Source: an uncultured Chloroflexia bacterium (GTDB lineage: Bacteria > Chloroflexota > Limnocylindria > Limnocylindrales > CSP1-4). From it: a stretch of DNA of 64,000 nt. The DNA is taken from contig CAVSKR010000006.1 of the NCBI GenBank assembly GCA_963728635.1, forward strand, positions 43,203 through 107,202, given 5' to 3'. The position numbers and the translations under genes are program-made. This document shows, in pieces, positions 45,805-55,527 of this stretch. The notes below the pieces were generated by a model, which did no database searches, had not been told where the DNA came from, and saw only the letters and a list, made by a program, of their open reading frames with translations. Position 1 is the first letter of the stretch. The number at the start of each line of letters is the position of its first letter.

Positions 45805-46307
45805 GGCGGCGCCATCGCCGGGTCGTCGGTCGTGGTCCTGCCCATGCGTCGGGCCGCCGATTGCCCGCGCCGGGCGACCGGCTCGATCCCGACGGCGGCA
45901 GCCATCCCGAACGCCGGCATGTTCCCGTAGAAGGTCTCGGCGGAGCCGGGGCCGACCCGGTACGTCTCGTGGAAGATCCCGACGTCCTCGTTGTCGCGGA
46001 CGAGTCGATTGAACTCCCGCCACGCGGGCAGATGCTCGTGATCGGGCGAACGGGCGAAGGCCTCGAGATGGTCGAACGAGCGCCAGTACTGCACGCCGAC
46101 GATGACTCGCCCCGCCCACAGGGTCTGCACGTGGAGCAGGCCGAGCGATGGGTCGGCCGCCAGCTCGCGAAGCATCTTGGCCATCGCCCTGGCGGGGGGC
46201 AGCCACGATCGAACGCTGCGCAGCCGGTTGATCCGCATGCCGATGATGAAGACGACGACCTCGTCGTCGAGGGCCGCCGTCTGACGACCGCTGATGACCT
46301 CGGCCAT
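45798..46307 (-). CDS. DUF4188 domain protein (monooxygenase-like)
   Basis: VVFIIGMRINRLRSVRSW, QYWRSFDHLEAFA and GIFHETY match what I recall as the DUF4188 pattern. Confidence 0.55.
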   Translation of the reverse strand: MAEVISGRQTAALDDEVVVFIIGMRINRLRSVRSWLPPARAMAKMLRELAADPSLGLLHVQTLWAGRVIVGVQYWRSFDHLEAFARSPDHEHLPAWREFNRLVRDNEDVGIFHETYRVGPGSAETFYGNMPAFGMAAAVGIEPVARRGQSAARRMGRTTTDDPAMAPPY

Positions 46308-46349
46308 GCCGGGTGCTCCCTTCTCGCGGGCGACCCGCGGACGCCATTT

Positions 46350-46397
46350 TGATGTGAACGGTGTCCACTTTACGGATCGATGTGAACGATGTCAACA
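46350..46397 (+). promoter_or_regulatory. pair of 19-bp direct repeats with internal dyad symmetry (candidate TetR operator) in divergent promoter region
   Basis: TGATGTGAACGGTGTCCAC ... CGATGTGAACGATGTCAAC, ending 11 bp before the tetR ATG. Confidence 0.3.
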
Positions 46398-46407
46398 TAT
46401 TCCTGTC

Positions 46408-47043
46408 ATGACCGCCCAGGAAGCACGCGTCCGCCCGTACCATCACGGCGATCTTCGGCGCGCGCTCGTCACGGCCGCGACCGAGCTCGCCGCGACCGGC
46501 GGCGCCGAGAACGTCACGCTCCGCGAGGTGGCCCGTCGTGTCGGCGTGTCGGCGAGTGCGGCGTATCGCCATTTCCCGAACCGCGAGGGCCTGCTCGCGC
46601 AGGTCGCGTCCGAGGCACGCGAGGCCCTCGCCAGGCGGATGATCGCCGCGGCCGAGGCGGCCGGGTTGCGTGTGGACGGTGTGGAGGGAGCGAAGGGAGC
46701 CCCGGTGGACCGCTTCCGGGCGACGGGGCGGGCCTACATCGAGTTCGCCCTCGACGAGCCAGGCTTGTTCGAAGTCGCCTTCCGGGCCTGCCCGCCGAAC
46801 CTGTACGTGCCCGACGACCCATCGCCCTACGCGGTGCTGTCCGAGAAGCTGGATGCTCTCAGCGACGCCGGACTGCTGGCCGTCGCACGGCAGGGCGCGG
46901 AGGTCGCGGCGTGGGTCGCCGTGCACGGCGCCGCCGTGCTGCTCGGAGACGGGATGCTGCCCCGCTCGGAGTGCGACGCGATCACCGACGCCACGCTGGA
47001 GATGGTCGGTGGCGGCCTCCTGGTGGCCACGGCCCACGCGTAG
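46408..47043 (+). CDS. TetR/AcrR family transcriptional regulator
   Basis: N-terminal HTH (VTLREVARRVGVSASAAYRHF); ATG at 46408. Confidence 0.85.
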   Translation: MTAQEARVRPYHHGDLRRALVTAATELAATGGAENVTLREVARRVGVSASAAYRHFPNREGLLAQVASEAREALARRMIAAAEAAGLRVDGVEGAKGAPVDRFRATGRAYIEFALDEPGLFEVAFRACPPNLYVPDDPSPYAVLSEKLDALSDAGLLAVARQGAEVAAWVAVHGAAVLLGDGMLPRSECDAITDATLEMVGGGLLVATAHA

Positions 47044-47055
47044 ACTTGCTGTCCG

Positions 47056-47730
47056 ATGCCCATCGACCTCGCCGCGGACACGGGCTACGCGCTCCGCCTG
47101 CTGGTGGCCGCGATCCTGGGCGCGCTGGTCGGTCTCGAGCGCGAGATCCACGAGCGTCCGGCCGGGATGCGGACGCATCTGCTCGTCTCGCTCGGGTCGG
47201 CCGGGTTCACCGTCCTGTCGATCGCAGCATTCACCGCGCCCGGTGCGGACCCCGGACGGATCGCCGCGCAGATCGTGTCGGGGATCGGCTTCCTCGGGGC
47301 CGGTGCGATCCTCAAGGAAGGCGCCACGGTCCGAGGGCTGACCACCGCCGCCAGCCTGTGGGCCGTCGCCGCGGTCGGGATGGCCGCCGGGGCGGGTGCG
47401 TGGGTCATCGCCATCACCGTGACCGCGATCGCGATCATCTCACTGTGGCCGCTCCGCCTGGTGACGGAGAGGATGATCGGTCGCGAGCGCCATCAGGTCC
47501 GGATGCGATTGAGGGCGGCCGATCCTGCCGCGATCGGCCGGCTCGTCTCGGTGATCGCGACGGAACACGGGACGATCGACCACCTGGCCACCAAGGGGAC
47601 GGGTGGCGGACGCCTGGAGATCGACCTCGAGGTGCGCACCGCGGACGTCGAGAGCGGCGCCGCGCTGACGGCTGCCGTCGCCGCGACCGACGGCGTCGAG
47701 GTCGACGAATCGCGCGCGATCGGCGACTGA
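47056..47730 (+). CDS. MgtC/SapB family membrane protein
   Basis: MgtC N-terminal signature (LLVAAILGALVGLEREIHERPAGMRTHLLVSLGSA) with 4 to 5 TM helices and soluble C-terminal domain. Confidence 0.8.
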   Translation: MPIDLAADTGYALRLLVAAILGALVGLEREIHERPAGMRTHLLVSLGSAGFTVLSIAAFTAPGADPGRIAAQIVSGIGFLGAGAILKEGATVRGLTTAASLWAVAAVGMAAGAGAWVIAITVTAIAIISLWPLRLVTERMIGRERHQVRMRLRAADPAAIGRLVSVIATEHGTIDHLATKGTGGGRLEIDLEVRTADVESGAALTAAVAATDGVEVDESRAIGD

Positions 47731-47779
47731 CCGCGATCGCGACTGGCGACGGGGGAGACCGTATGGCACGATCGGGCGG

Positions 47780-48919
47780 ATGAGGCGACCCCGTCTGCCG
47801 CGGTCGATCCCGCGCTCGCTTCCGCTCCTCAATTCGCCGCTCGTCCGGCGGGTGCTGTGGCACGTGCAGCGGATGCGCGGACAGCTCGACCGTCGGTTCT
47901 TCCTGTCGCTGGCTCAAGGCATCGTCGGGTTCGTCCTCATCGCCGCTGTCCTGATCACGCTGTTCGAGAAGTCGTGGACGTTCGAATCGATCTTCGATTC
48001 GTTCAACTGGGGCATCGCGACCGTGCTCGGGCAGGGCGATTCAGGCTACGTGACGTCCCCAGCGGGGCGGCTGATCAGCTGGTTCCTCATCCTGTTCGGG
48101 GTCGCCATGCTGGGTATGATCACCGGCGCCCTCGTCGCGATGGTCATCGATTTCTTGCTGAAGGAGGGCCAGGGCTTGGGTGCTTCCGGGTATAAGGACC
48201 ACATCGTCGTCTGTGGGTGGAACACCACGGCCCGCGACCTGATCGCCGAGCTGAGGGGCGACGACTATCGATCGAAGGTCGTCGTGCTCGCCGACCTTGA
48301 CAAGAGCCCGGCCGGCGACGGCGTGTACTTCGTCCGCGGCGAGCCGACCAGTGACGAGGACCTCAAGCGGGCGGGCATCGAGGACGCCGCGGCGGCCCTG
48401 ATCTTCCCGCGCGATGCCACGGACGACGCCGATATGCATTCGATCCTGACGATCCTCGCGATCGAGCACGCGGCTCCCGGCGTCCGCACCGTGGCCGAGG
48501 TCAACAACCCGAAGCATGAGGTCCATTTCCGACGCACCGACGTCGATGAGCTCCTCGTGACCTCGAAGATCGCGTCGCACCTGCTGGCTCGGTCCGCGCT
48601 GTATCCCGGTCTGACCGGGATCGTCACCGACATCGTGTCGGGCGGCGAGGGATCGGAGCTGTATCGGATCGGGTTGCCCGACGACTACATCGGGCTGTCG
48701 ATCGACGCCGTTGCGGCGCGCCTCCGGACCGAGCATCGGGCGACGCTGCTGTCGGTGAACCGGGGCGGGCACGCCTTCGTGAACCCAGGCTCCGACTTCG
48801 TGCTGCAACGGGACGACGACGCGGTTGTCGTTGCCGAGTCTCTCGGGTCGCTCGCGCCGCTGGAGATCTCGGACACGGCGGTCGCGCCGCGAACCGCTGC
48901 GGTGGTGCCGTCGGCGTAG
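47780..48919 (+). CDS. two-TM cation channel with C-terminal RCK/TrkA-N domain; non-canonical selectivity filter
   Basis: TM1, pore helix and filter FNWGIATVLGQGDSGY (TVLGQGD instead of TVGYGD), TM2, then Rossmann-type RCK (HIVVCGWNTTARDLIAEL). Confidence 0.8.
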   Translation: MRRPRLPRSIPRSLPLLNSPLVRRVLWHVQRMRGQLDRRFFLSLAQGIVGFVLIAAVLITLFEKSWTFESIFDSFNWGIATVLGQGDSGYVTSPAGRLISWFLILFGVAMLGMITGALVAMVIDFLLKEGQGLGASGYKDHIVVCGWNTTARDLIAELRGDDYRSKVVVLADLDKSPAGDGVYFVRGEPTSDEDLKRAGIEDAAAALIFPRDATDDADMHSILTILAIEHAAPGVRTVAEVNNPKHEVHFRRTDVDELLVTSKIASHLLARSALYPGLTGIVTDIVSGGEGSELYRIGLPDDYIGLSIDAVAARLRTEHRATLLSVNRGGHAFVNPGSDFVLQRDDDAVVVAESLGSLAPLEISDTAVAPRTAAVVPSA

Positions 48920-48984
48920 GGTCGCCGCCGTCGGTCGCCACGCCCGAACGCGGACCGCGCGGCGGCCCGGCGCCGCGGAACTCC

Positions 48985-50427
48985 CTACAGCGCCTTGACC
49001 GCCGCGGTCAGCGCCGCGAGCCCCTCCTTCGCGTCGGCGAAGAGCATCCCGGTCTTGTCGTTCGTGTAGAGCTCGTTGTCGATGCCGGCGTAGCCGCGGC
49101 CCATCGAGCGCTTGATGACGACGATCGACTTGGCCTTGTCCACGTCGAGGATCGGCATCCCCGACACCGGTGACCCGGGCCGCCGGGCGGCGGGATTCGT
49201 GACGTCGTTCGCGCCGATGACGAGGGCCACGTCCGCCCGCTCGAACTCGGGGTTGATGTCGTCCATCTCCTTGAGCTGGGGATACGGCACGTTCGCCTCG
49301 GCCAGGAGCACGTTCATGTGACCCGGCATCCGGCCGGCGACCGGGTGGATCGCGTATTTCACGTCGACACCACGCTCCTCGAGCAGATCGGCCAGTTCGC
49401 GCACCGCGTGCTGCGCCTGCGCCACCGCCAGCCCGTAACCCGGCACGACGATCACGTGCTGGGCGTACGCGAGCTGGATCGCGACGTCGTCCGCGCTGAT
49501 CGAGCGGACGGACCCACCGGCACCTGTCACCGCGGCACCCGCCGCATCGTCGCCGCCACCGAAGCCGCCGAGCATGATGTTCAGCACCGAGCGGTTCATC
49601 GCGTCGGCCATGAGCTTGGTCAGGATCGCGCCAGACGCGCCGACCAGAGCGCCGGCGATGATCAGGACGGGGTTCTCGAGGACGAAGCCCGCCATCGCGA
49701 CCGCGGTGCCCGTGAACGAGTTCAACAGGCTGATGACGACCGGCATGTCGGCGCCGCCGATCGGCAGCGTCATCGTCACGCCGAAGATCAGCGACGCAGC
49801 GAGGATCAGCAGGATCAGGGCGAGGCTGGGCGTGCCTGTGATGAACAGGATCGCCGAGGCGACGACCGCGACCGCGGCGAGCGCCAGCGTCACGAGCCGG
49901 CCGCCCGGGATCATGATCGGTTTGCCCGGGATGAACCCCTGGAGTTTGCCGGAGGCGATGAGCGACCCGGTGAACGTGATCGAGCCGATGATGATGTCGA
50001 GCACGATGAAGATGTGCTCGTCCAGACGGACGTGGCCGCCGCCCAGAAGGCCGAGGTAGTCGTCGATCGCGATGAGGGCCGCGGCGCCGCCGCCCACCGC
50101 GTTGAACAGCGAGACGAGCTGCGGCATCGCGGTCATCTTCACGACGCGGGCCGTGTACAGGCCCAACCCGCCGCCGATGATGATCCCGCCCGCGATGAGC
50201 GCCCATCCGGAGGCGCGGATCCCGAAGCTCTCTGGCGCGAGCAGCTGGCGGGACCCGATGAGGATGGCGGTCGCGACGACGGCCAGGATCATGCCGCCGG
50301 CCGACAGGAGATTTCCGTTGCGCGCCGTGGCGGGCGAGTTCATCCGGGCGAGACCGATGACGAATGCCACGGCGCCCGCGAGCCACGCGATCCTGACGAG
50401 GATCTCGATGAGTTGCAACGTGGTCAC
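48985..50427 (-). CDS. pntB: NAD(P) transhydrogenase subunit beta
   Basis: Multi-TM N-terminus and C-terminal NADP(H)-binding domain (GYGLAVAQAQ, VIGANDVTNP). Confidence 0.9.
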   Translation of the reverse strand: MTTLQLIEILVRIAWLAGAVAFVIGLARMNSPATARNGNLLSAGGMILAVVATAILIGSRQLLAPESFGIRASGWALIAGGIIIGGGLGLYTARVVKMTAMPQLVSLFNAVGGGAAALIAIDDYLGLLGGGHVRLDEHIFIVLDIIIGSITFTGSLIASGKLQGFIPGKPIMIPGGRLVTLALAAVAVVASAILFITGTPSLALILLILAASLIFGVTMTLPIGGADMPVVISLLNSFTGTAVAMAGFVLENPVLIIAGALVGASGAILTKLMADAMNRSVLNIMLGGFGGGDDAAGAAVTGAGGSVRSISADDVAIQLAYAQHVIVVPGYGLAVAQAQHAVRELADLLEERGVDVKYAIHPVAGRMPGHMNVLLAEANVPYPQLKEMDDINPEFERADVALVIGANDVTNPAARRPGSPVSGMPILDVDKAKSIVVIKRSMGRGYAGIDNELYTNDKTGMLFADAKEGLAALTAAVKAL

Positions 50428-50429
50428 CG

Positions 50430-50762
50430 TCAGGCCTCCGCCTCTTCGGCGGCCGGCTTGGGCGCGACCGGTCTCTTCCGGAACATCTGGAGCATCCGGT
50501 CGGTGACCACGTAGCCACCGACCACGTTCATCGTCGCGAATGCCACCGCGATGAGCGACAGGGCCTGGCTCACCCCGCCACGCGCCTCGGACGCGATGAG
50601 CATCGCGCCGACGAGGACGATCCCGTGGATCGAGTTCGCGCCGGACATCAGTGGCGTGTGGAGCGTGGCCGGGACCTTGCTGATGACCGCGAACCCCACC
50701 AGGATCGCGAGCGTGAAGATCGTCAGGGCGGTGATCAGCGCGTCGACCTGTTCGGGGGTCAT
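50430..50762 (-). CDS. pntAB: NAD(P) transhydrogenase subunit alpha part 2 (membrane domain)
   Basis: 110-aa, 3-TM protein coupled (ATGA) to pntAA and followed by pntB. Confidence 0.85.
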   Translation of the reverse strand: MTPEQVDALITALTIFTLAILVGFAVISKVPATLHTPLMSGANSIHGIVLVGAMLIASEARGGVSQALSLIAVAFATMNVVGGYVVTDRMLQMFRKRPVAPKPAAEEAEA

Positions 50763-51907
50763 GCCTGGCCTCCGGGGTTGAGCAGCTTGTTCACGGCGTC
50801 GGACACGACGGCGCCGTCCCTGGTGATGACCGTGGCCTTCGTGACCTCATCCTCGAAGTCGAGGTTGAGCGCCCCGTCCTTGACCATCCCGAGCAGCAGG
50901 GACGAGATGTTGCGGGCGTAGAACGCCGACGCGCCGGCCGGCATGCTTGCGGGCAGGTTGTCGGGGGCGATGATCGTGACGCCGTTCGGGGTCGTCACGG
51001 TCTCGCCGACCTTCGACAACTCGCAGTTGCCGCCGAGCGCGCTGGCGGCCATGTCGACGATGACCGAGCCGGGCTTCATCTTTTCGACCGCCTCGCCGGT
51101 GACGAGCACCGGCGGCTTTCGACCAGGGACCTGCGCCGTGGTGATCACGACGTCCATGCCACCGATCACCTCGTTGAGCTCGGCCTGCTGGGCGGCGCGC
51201 TCCTCGGCGGTCAGCTCGCGGGCGTAGCCGCCCGCGCCGGTCGCGTCGATGGTCGTCTTGAGCTTGACGAACTGGGCGCCGAGGCTCTCGGCCTGCTCTC
51301 GCGTCTCCGGTCGGACGTCGTACGCCTTGACCACGGCGCCGAGCCGCTTGGCCGTGCCGATCGCCTGGAGCCCGGCCACGCCGATGCCCAGGATGAGCAC
51401 GTTCGCCGGCTTGGCCGTCCCGGCGGCCGTCGTCAGCAACGGGAAGTAGCGGCCGTACGCGTTGGCCGCGATCAGCACGGCCTTGTAGCCGCCGACGTTC
51501 GCCTGGCTGCTTAACGCGTCCATGGACTGCGCGCGGGACAGGGTCCGCGGGATCGCGTCGAGGCTGATGGCCGTGATGCCGTTCGCGGCGAGCTCCTGCG
51601 CAAGCTTCGGATCGATCAGCGGGGCGAGGAAGCCGACGATCGCCTGGCCCTTGCGCAGCCTCGCCACCTCCGACGCGTCCGGCTTGGCGACACGGAGCAC
51701 GACATCGGATCCCTGGTAGAGGGCGTCGGTCGGGACGATCGTCGCGCCCGCTTCGGTGAAGGCGCTGTCCGGGATGGCGGAGCCGGCTCCGGCGCCGGTC
51801 TCGACGAGGATCTCGAGCCCGGCCGCTTGCAGCTTGCCGAGCGCTTCGGGCACCAGGGCGACGCGCCGCTCTCCGGGCGCGGTCTCCTTGGCCACACCGA
51901 CCTTCAT
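50759..51907 (-). CDS. pntAA: NAD(P) transhydrogenase subunit alpha part 1 (NAD(H)-binding, AlaDH-like)
   Basis: ATG at 51907 (MKVGVAKETAPGERRVALVPE...), dinucleotide-binding LILGIGVAGL; ORF-track 663-aa call is an N-terminal extension. Confidence 0.9.
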   Translation of the reverse strand: MKVGVAKETAPGERRVALVPEALGKLQAAGLEILVETGAGAGSAIPDSAFTEAGATIVPTDALYQGSDVVLRVAKPDASEVARLRKGQAIVGFLAPLIDPKLAQELAANGITAISLDAIPRTLSRAQSMDALSSQANVGGYKAVLIAANAYGRYFPLLTTAAGTAKPANVLILGIGVAGLQAIGTAKRLGAVVKAYDVRPETREQAESLGAQFVKLKTTIDATGAGGYARELTAEERAAQQAELNEVIGGMDVVITTAQVPGRKPPVLVTGEAVEKMKPGSVIVDMAASALGGNCELSKVGETVTTPNGVTIIAPDNLPASMPAGASAFYARNISSLLLGMVKDGALNLDFEDEVTKATVITRDGAVVSDAVNKLLNPGGQA

Positions 51908-52072
51908 GGGCACCACCTGTTCCGAGATGACGGGACCGCGGACGTGGGGGAGTCCGCGGGGGACGCTTGGGGTCGCGGCGAAGTCTAGCGCCTCCGTTCG
52001 CGGTTGGTCGCGTCGGTCGCTTCCCATCCAGACCCGGGACTTTCGAGTGATCTGGGCTGGTCCGGTGGCGTG

Positions 52073-54043
52073 ATGTCCAGGTGCGGTTCCGATCCGTACG
52101 GTCCGGTGGTGTTCAAGACCGTCCCCGCCGCACGCGTGGCCTCGGCAGATCCGCCGATCTTTCGCGACGGGTCGCTGCCGGCGCCGGAGTCGACCGCCCG
52201 ACTGGCGCTGATCCACGGCGTCGCGCTCCTGGCCCTTGCCGTCACCGCCGCGTACCTGGCGTGGCGTCTCACCGGCACGATCTCGGCCCAGTGGTGGTGG
52301 GTCGCCATCCCGCTCTTCGTCGTCGAGGTGCACAACGCGTTCGGCCTGGCCCTGTACACGGTCGCCCTGTGGCGGGTCGACGCGCAACCGCATGCGACCG
52401 GAGACCGACCCCCGCGAGCCAAGGTGGCCGTCCTGATCCCGACATACAACGAACCGCCCGACGTCCTGCTGCCGACGATCGCCGCGGCGGTCGCCCTCAA
52501 GCCGGCGCACGAGACCTGGGTCCTCGATGACGGCAAGCGCGAGGAGATCCGGGTCTTGGCCGAGACCCTGGGCGCGCGTTACCTGACCCGTCCCGACAAC
52601 AAGCACGCGAAGGCCGGCAACCTGAACCACGCGCTCGAGCACATCCGGGCCGACATCATCGGCGTGCTCGACGCCGACCACGTCCCGACGGCCCGCTTCC
52701 TGACCGCCCTCCTGCCGTACTTCCACGACCCGCAGCTGGCCTTCGTCCAATCACCACAGGATTTCTACAACCTCGAATCGTTCGAGCATCAGCGTCGCTG
52801 GAACGGCCAGATCTTCAACGAGGAGGCGGTCTTCTATCGAGTCATCGCGCCGGCCAAGAACCGCTGGCAGGCTCCGTTCTGGTGCGGCACCTGCGCGCTC
52901 GTGCGGGTCGAGGCACTCCGGTCGGTGGGCGGCGTCAGCACCGACAGCGTGACCGAGGACATCCACACCACGATCCGGATGTACCGCAAGGGCTGGACGG
53001 GCGCGTATCACAACGAGGTGGTCGCCCGCGGCCTGGCGCCCGACGACGCGACGTCCTACCTGATCCAGCGCAACCGCTGGGCGCTCGGGGCGATGCAGGT
53101 CCTGCGCAAGGAGAATCCATTGTTCGGCCGCGGTCTGGCAGCCGGACAGCGCCTGGCGTTCCTCACGACGTTGTTCGGCTGGTTCGACAGCTGGCGCACG
53201 TTCGCCTACATCACGATCCCGCTCGCGGTCGTCGCCACGGGTGCCGTGCCGATCGACGCACCGGGCGAGATCTTCGGACCGTTCTTCCTCGCGACGCTCG
53301 GCATCCAGTTCATCGCTCTCCGGCTGCTGGCGCGCGGGCATTACCCGCCGATCCTGTCGGTCCTGTTCGAGGTGCTGCGCATGCCCGCGGTCCTGCCGGC
53401 GACCCTCGCGCTCATCTGGCCGGACCGCGCCGCGACCTTCAAGGTCACCCCGAAGGGCAGGAGCGCGAGTGCCGGTCATCGGACCCCTGTCCCACGGCTG
53501 CTGACCGTGCTGGCCGCGGCGTCGTCGATCGGTCTGGTGTGGTTCACGGCGACGCTCTTCGGGCTCACTCCCTTGCGCTACGGGATCCCATGGGCGGCCA
53601 TCGGGGCAGCCGGGTTCATGGCCGTCAATCTCGCGCTGCTGCTGGCTGCGATCCGACGGATCCGCTCCTCGCGCTTCGCGGGCAACCGCCGGGCCGGGAC
53701 ACGTCTGCCCGTGCATGTCCCCGCGCGCCTCGCCGGGCTCGACGGGGAGCTCCTCGATCTGTCCGTCAGCGGGGCACGGATCCACGTCCCTGCTCCGATC
53801 GACGGCTGGATGGGCGAACTCTGGCTGACGCTCGACCTGCCGGCACGACGACTCGAGCTGCAGGTCGAGATCCGGCGGACGGAGATCCGCGACGGTGAGG
53901 CGATCCTCGGTCTGTCCTTCCTCGAGGGCCAGGAGACGACCATCGCGGCCATGGCGGTGGCGGTCTTCCACGCCGACGTCTCGACGCCGCGGGATCGCCG
54001 TCGCCGGGGCCGCGGTCTGGTCTGGGAGGGAGCGGCGGCCTGA
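52073..54043 (+). CDS. cellulose-synthase-like processive GT2 glycosyltransferase with C-terminal PilZ domain (BcsA-like)
   Basis: GT2 motifs (VLDADH, QSPQDF), QxxRW motif (QRNRWALG), multiple TM helices, PilZ RxxxR and DLSVSGARI; no bcsB adjacent. Confidence 0.8.
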   Translation: MSRCGSDPYGPVVFKTVPAARVASADPPIFRDGSLPAPESTARLALIHGVALLALAVTAAYLAWRLTGTISAQWWWVAIPLFVVEVHNAFGLALYTVALWRVDAQPHATGDRPPRAKVAVLIPTYNEPPDVLLPTIAAAVALKPAHETWVLDDGKREEIRVLAETLGARYLTRPDNKHAKAGNLNHALEHIRADIIGVLDADHVPTARFLTALLPYFHDPQLAFVQSPQDFYNLESFEHQRRWNGQIFNEEAVFYRVIAPAKNRWQAPFWCGTCALVRVEALRSVGGVSTDSVTEDIHTTIRMYRKGWTGAYHNEVVARGLAPDDATSYLIQRNRWALGAMQVLRKENPLFGRGLAAGQRLAFLTTLFGWFDSWRTFAYITIPLAVVATGAVPIDAPGEIFGPFFLATLGIQFIALRLLARGHYPPILSVLFEVLRMPAVLPATLALIWPDRAATFKVTPKGRSASAGHRTPVPRLLTVLAAASSIGLVWFTATLFGLTPLRYGIPWAAIGAAGFMAVNLALLLAAIRRIRSSRFAGNRRAGTRLPVHVPARLAGLDGELLDLSVSGARIHVPAPIDGWMGELWLTLDLPARRLELQVEIRRTEIRDGEAILGLSFLEGQETTIAAMAVAVFHADVSTPRDRRRRGRGLVWEGAAA

Positions 54044-54056
54044 CCCGCCGGCCGCC

Positions 54057-54833
54057 CTAGAGCCGCGAGCGAATCTCCCAGAGGTCGGGAAACGCGGGCC
54101 GGAAGAGTGTCCCGCGGAGATACTCGACGCCGCTCGATCCGCCGGTGCCACGTTTCGTCCCGATCGTCCGCTCGACCATCTTGACGTGCCGGTAGCGCCA
54201 TTCCTGGATGCCTTCGTCGAGATCGACCAGGCGCTCGGCGACCAGCCCGGCGTCCGCGTCATCGCGGTACGCCGCGATCAGCACCTCCTGGACGCGGCTA
54301 TCGGGCACGACGGCATCGTCAGGCACCGCATGGCCGCGCTCCACCAGGTAGCCGAGGAATGACTCCCAGACGGACGTCGCCGACTGGGCCTCCTCGATCG
54401 TCCGCCGGGCGTCGGACCCTTCCGGCTGGGCATCGATCGCCGAGGGCTCGCGCAAGCCCAGCATCGCCTCGATCGCACGGAAGCCCGCCGACTGGAAGCC
54501 GGACGCCGAGTCGAGCCGATCGCGGAAGGAGAGGAACTGCAGCGGCGTCATGGTCTCGAGGACATCGACCTGGGCCACCAGCGTCTTGAGGATCTTCAGG
54601 ACGCGGTTCAGGAGGTGGAGCGCCCGATCGGTGTCGCCCTCCTCGAGTGCCCCCTGGACGCCACGGAGCTCGTGCCGCAACGACTTGAACCAGAGCTCGT
54701 AGACCTGGTGGACGACGATGAACAGGAGTTCGTCGTGCTCGGCGCCATCGGGTCCAGCCGAGCGCTCGACCTGGAGCGACAGCAGCTCCGGCACCCTCAG
54801 GTAGGAGGCGTAGGTCACCGCGCGTCGGGTCAC
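54057..54833 (-). CDS. kynA: tryptophan 2,3-dioxygenase
   Basis: TDO sequence pattern (YASYLRVPELLSLQ, HDELLFIVVHQVYELWFK); 258 aa. Confidence 0.85.
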   Translation of the reverse strand: MTRRAVTYASYLRVPELLSLQVERSAGPDGAEHDELLFIVVHQVYELWFKSLRHELRGVQGALEEGDTDRALHLLNRVLKILKTLVAQVDVLETMTPLQFLSFRDRLDSASGFQSAGFRAIEAMLGLREPSAIDAQPEGSDARRTIEEAQSATSVWESFLGYLVERGHAVPDDAVVPDSRVQEVLIAAYRDDADAGLVAERLVDLDEGIQEWRYRHVKMVERTIGTKRGTGGSSGVEYLRGTLFRPAFPDLWEIRSRL

Positions 54834-54851
54834 GAGGGGGATGGTACGGGC

Positions 54852-55421
54852 TCAGTCGCGGGGACGGATGCGGATGATCAGCATCGACGCTTCCTCGTCC
54901 CCGACCACCTCGCCCTCGTGGGGCACGGAGCCATCCCAGCGCAGGTAGTCGCCCGGGCCGAGCTCCACGCTGTGCCCGCCCTGCGTCAAGCGCAACCGAC
55001 CGCGCAGGACGAGGTGGTGCTCGTCCCCCGCATGGGCATGCAGCCCCACACGGCCACCGGGCTGGGCGATCGCCGCGATGATCGTGACGTCACGCGAGGC
55101 CCGGCCATCGACATGCTCGATCCGGCCGAGCTCACCCGGGACGATGGGCCTGTCGGCCGCGCGGATCACGAGCGGCGGAGCGACCTCGCCCATCAGGAAC
55201 CAGGCGGGCGGCACGTCGAGCGCCTCGGCGAGTGAGCCGAGGACGGCCAGCGAGGGCGACGCCTTGTCGTTCTCGATCTGCGAGAGATAGCCGAGGTTCA
55301 GGCCGGTCCGGCCCGCGACTTGCGCGAGCGTCAGGCCGCGGACGCCACGCCAGCGGCGCACCTGGGCGCCGACGGCCAGGCGCGGCTTGCCGGTCGTTTC
55401 CTCGGATCGCACAGGATCCAC
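54852..55421 (-). CDS. XRE-family transcriptional regulator with C-terminal cupin domain
   Basis: HTH (LTLAQVAGRTGLNLGYLSQIENDKASPSL) plus cupin. Confidence 0.8.
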   Translation of the reverse strand: MDPVRSEETTGKPRLAVGAQVRRWRGVRGLTLAQVAGRTGLNLGYLSQIENDKASPSLAVLGSLAEALDVPPAWFLMGEVAPPLVIRAADRPIVPGELGRIEHVDGRASRDVTIIAAIAQPGGRVGLHAHAGDEHHLVLRGRLRLTQGGHSVELGPGDYLRWDGSVPHEGEVVGDEEASMLIIRIRPRD

Positions 55422-55527
55422 GTCTATTTGCCCTCCACAAACCTATATTGACATCAGTGTAACAGGCGACTATGGTTGCATGAGCAACGAACGCGAGGCA
55501 TCCGCTTCGCGACACGGAGGTCCACCC

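Noticed and set aside
48041-50518. 825-aa minus-strand ORF overlapping the channel and pntB
   Set aside because: Out-of-frame overlap with PntB; low-complexity product
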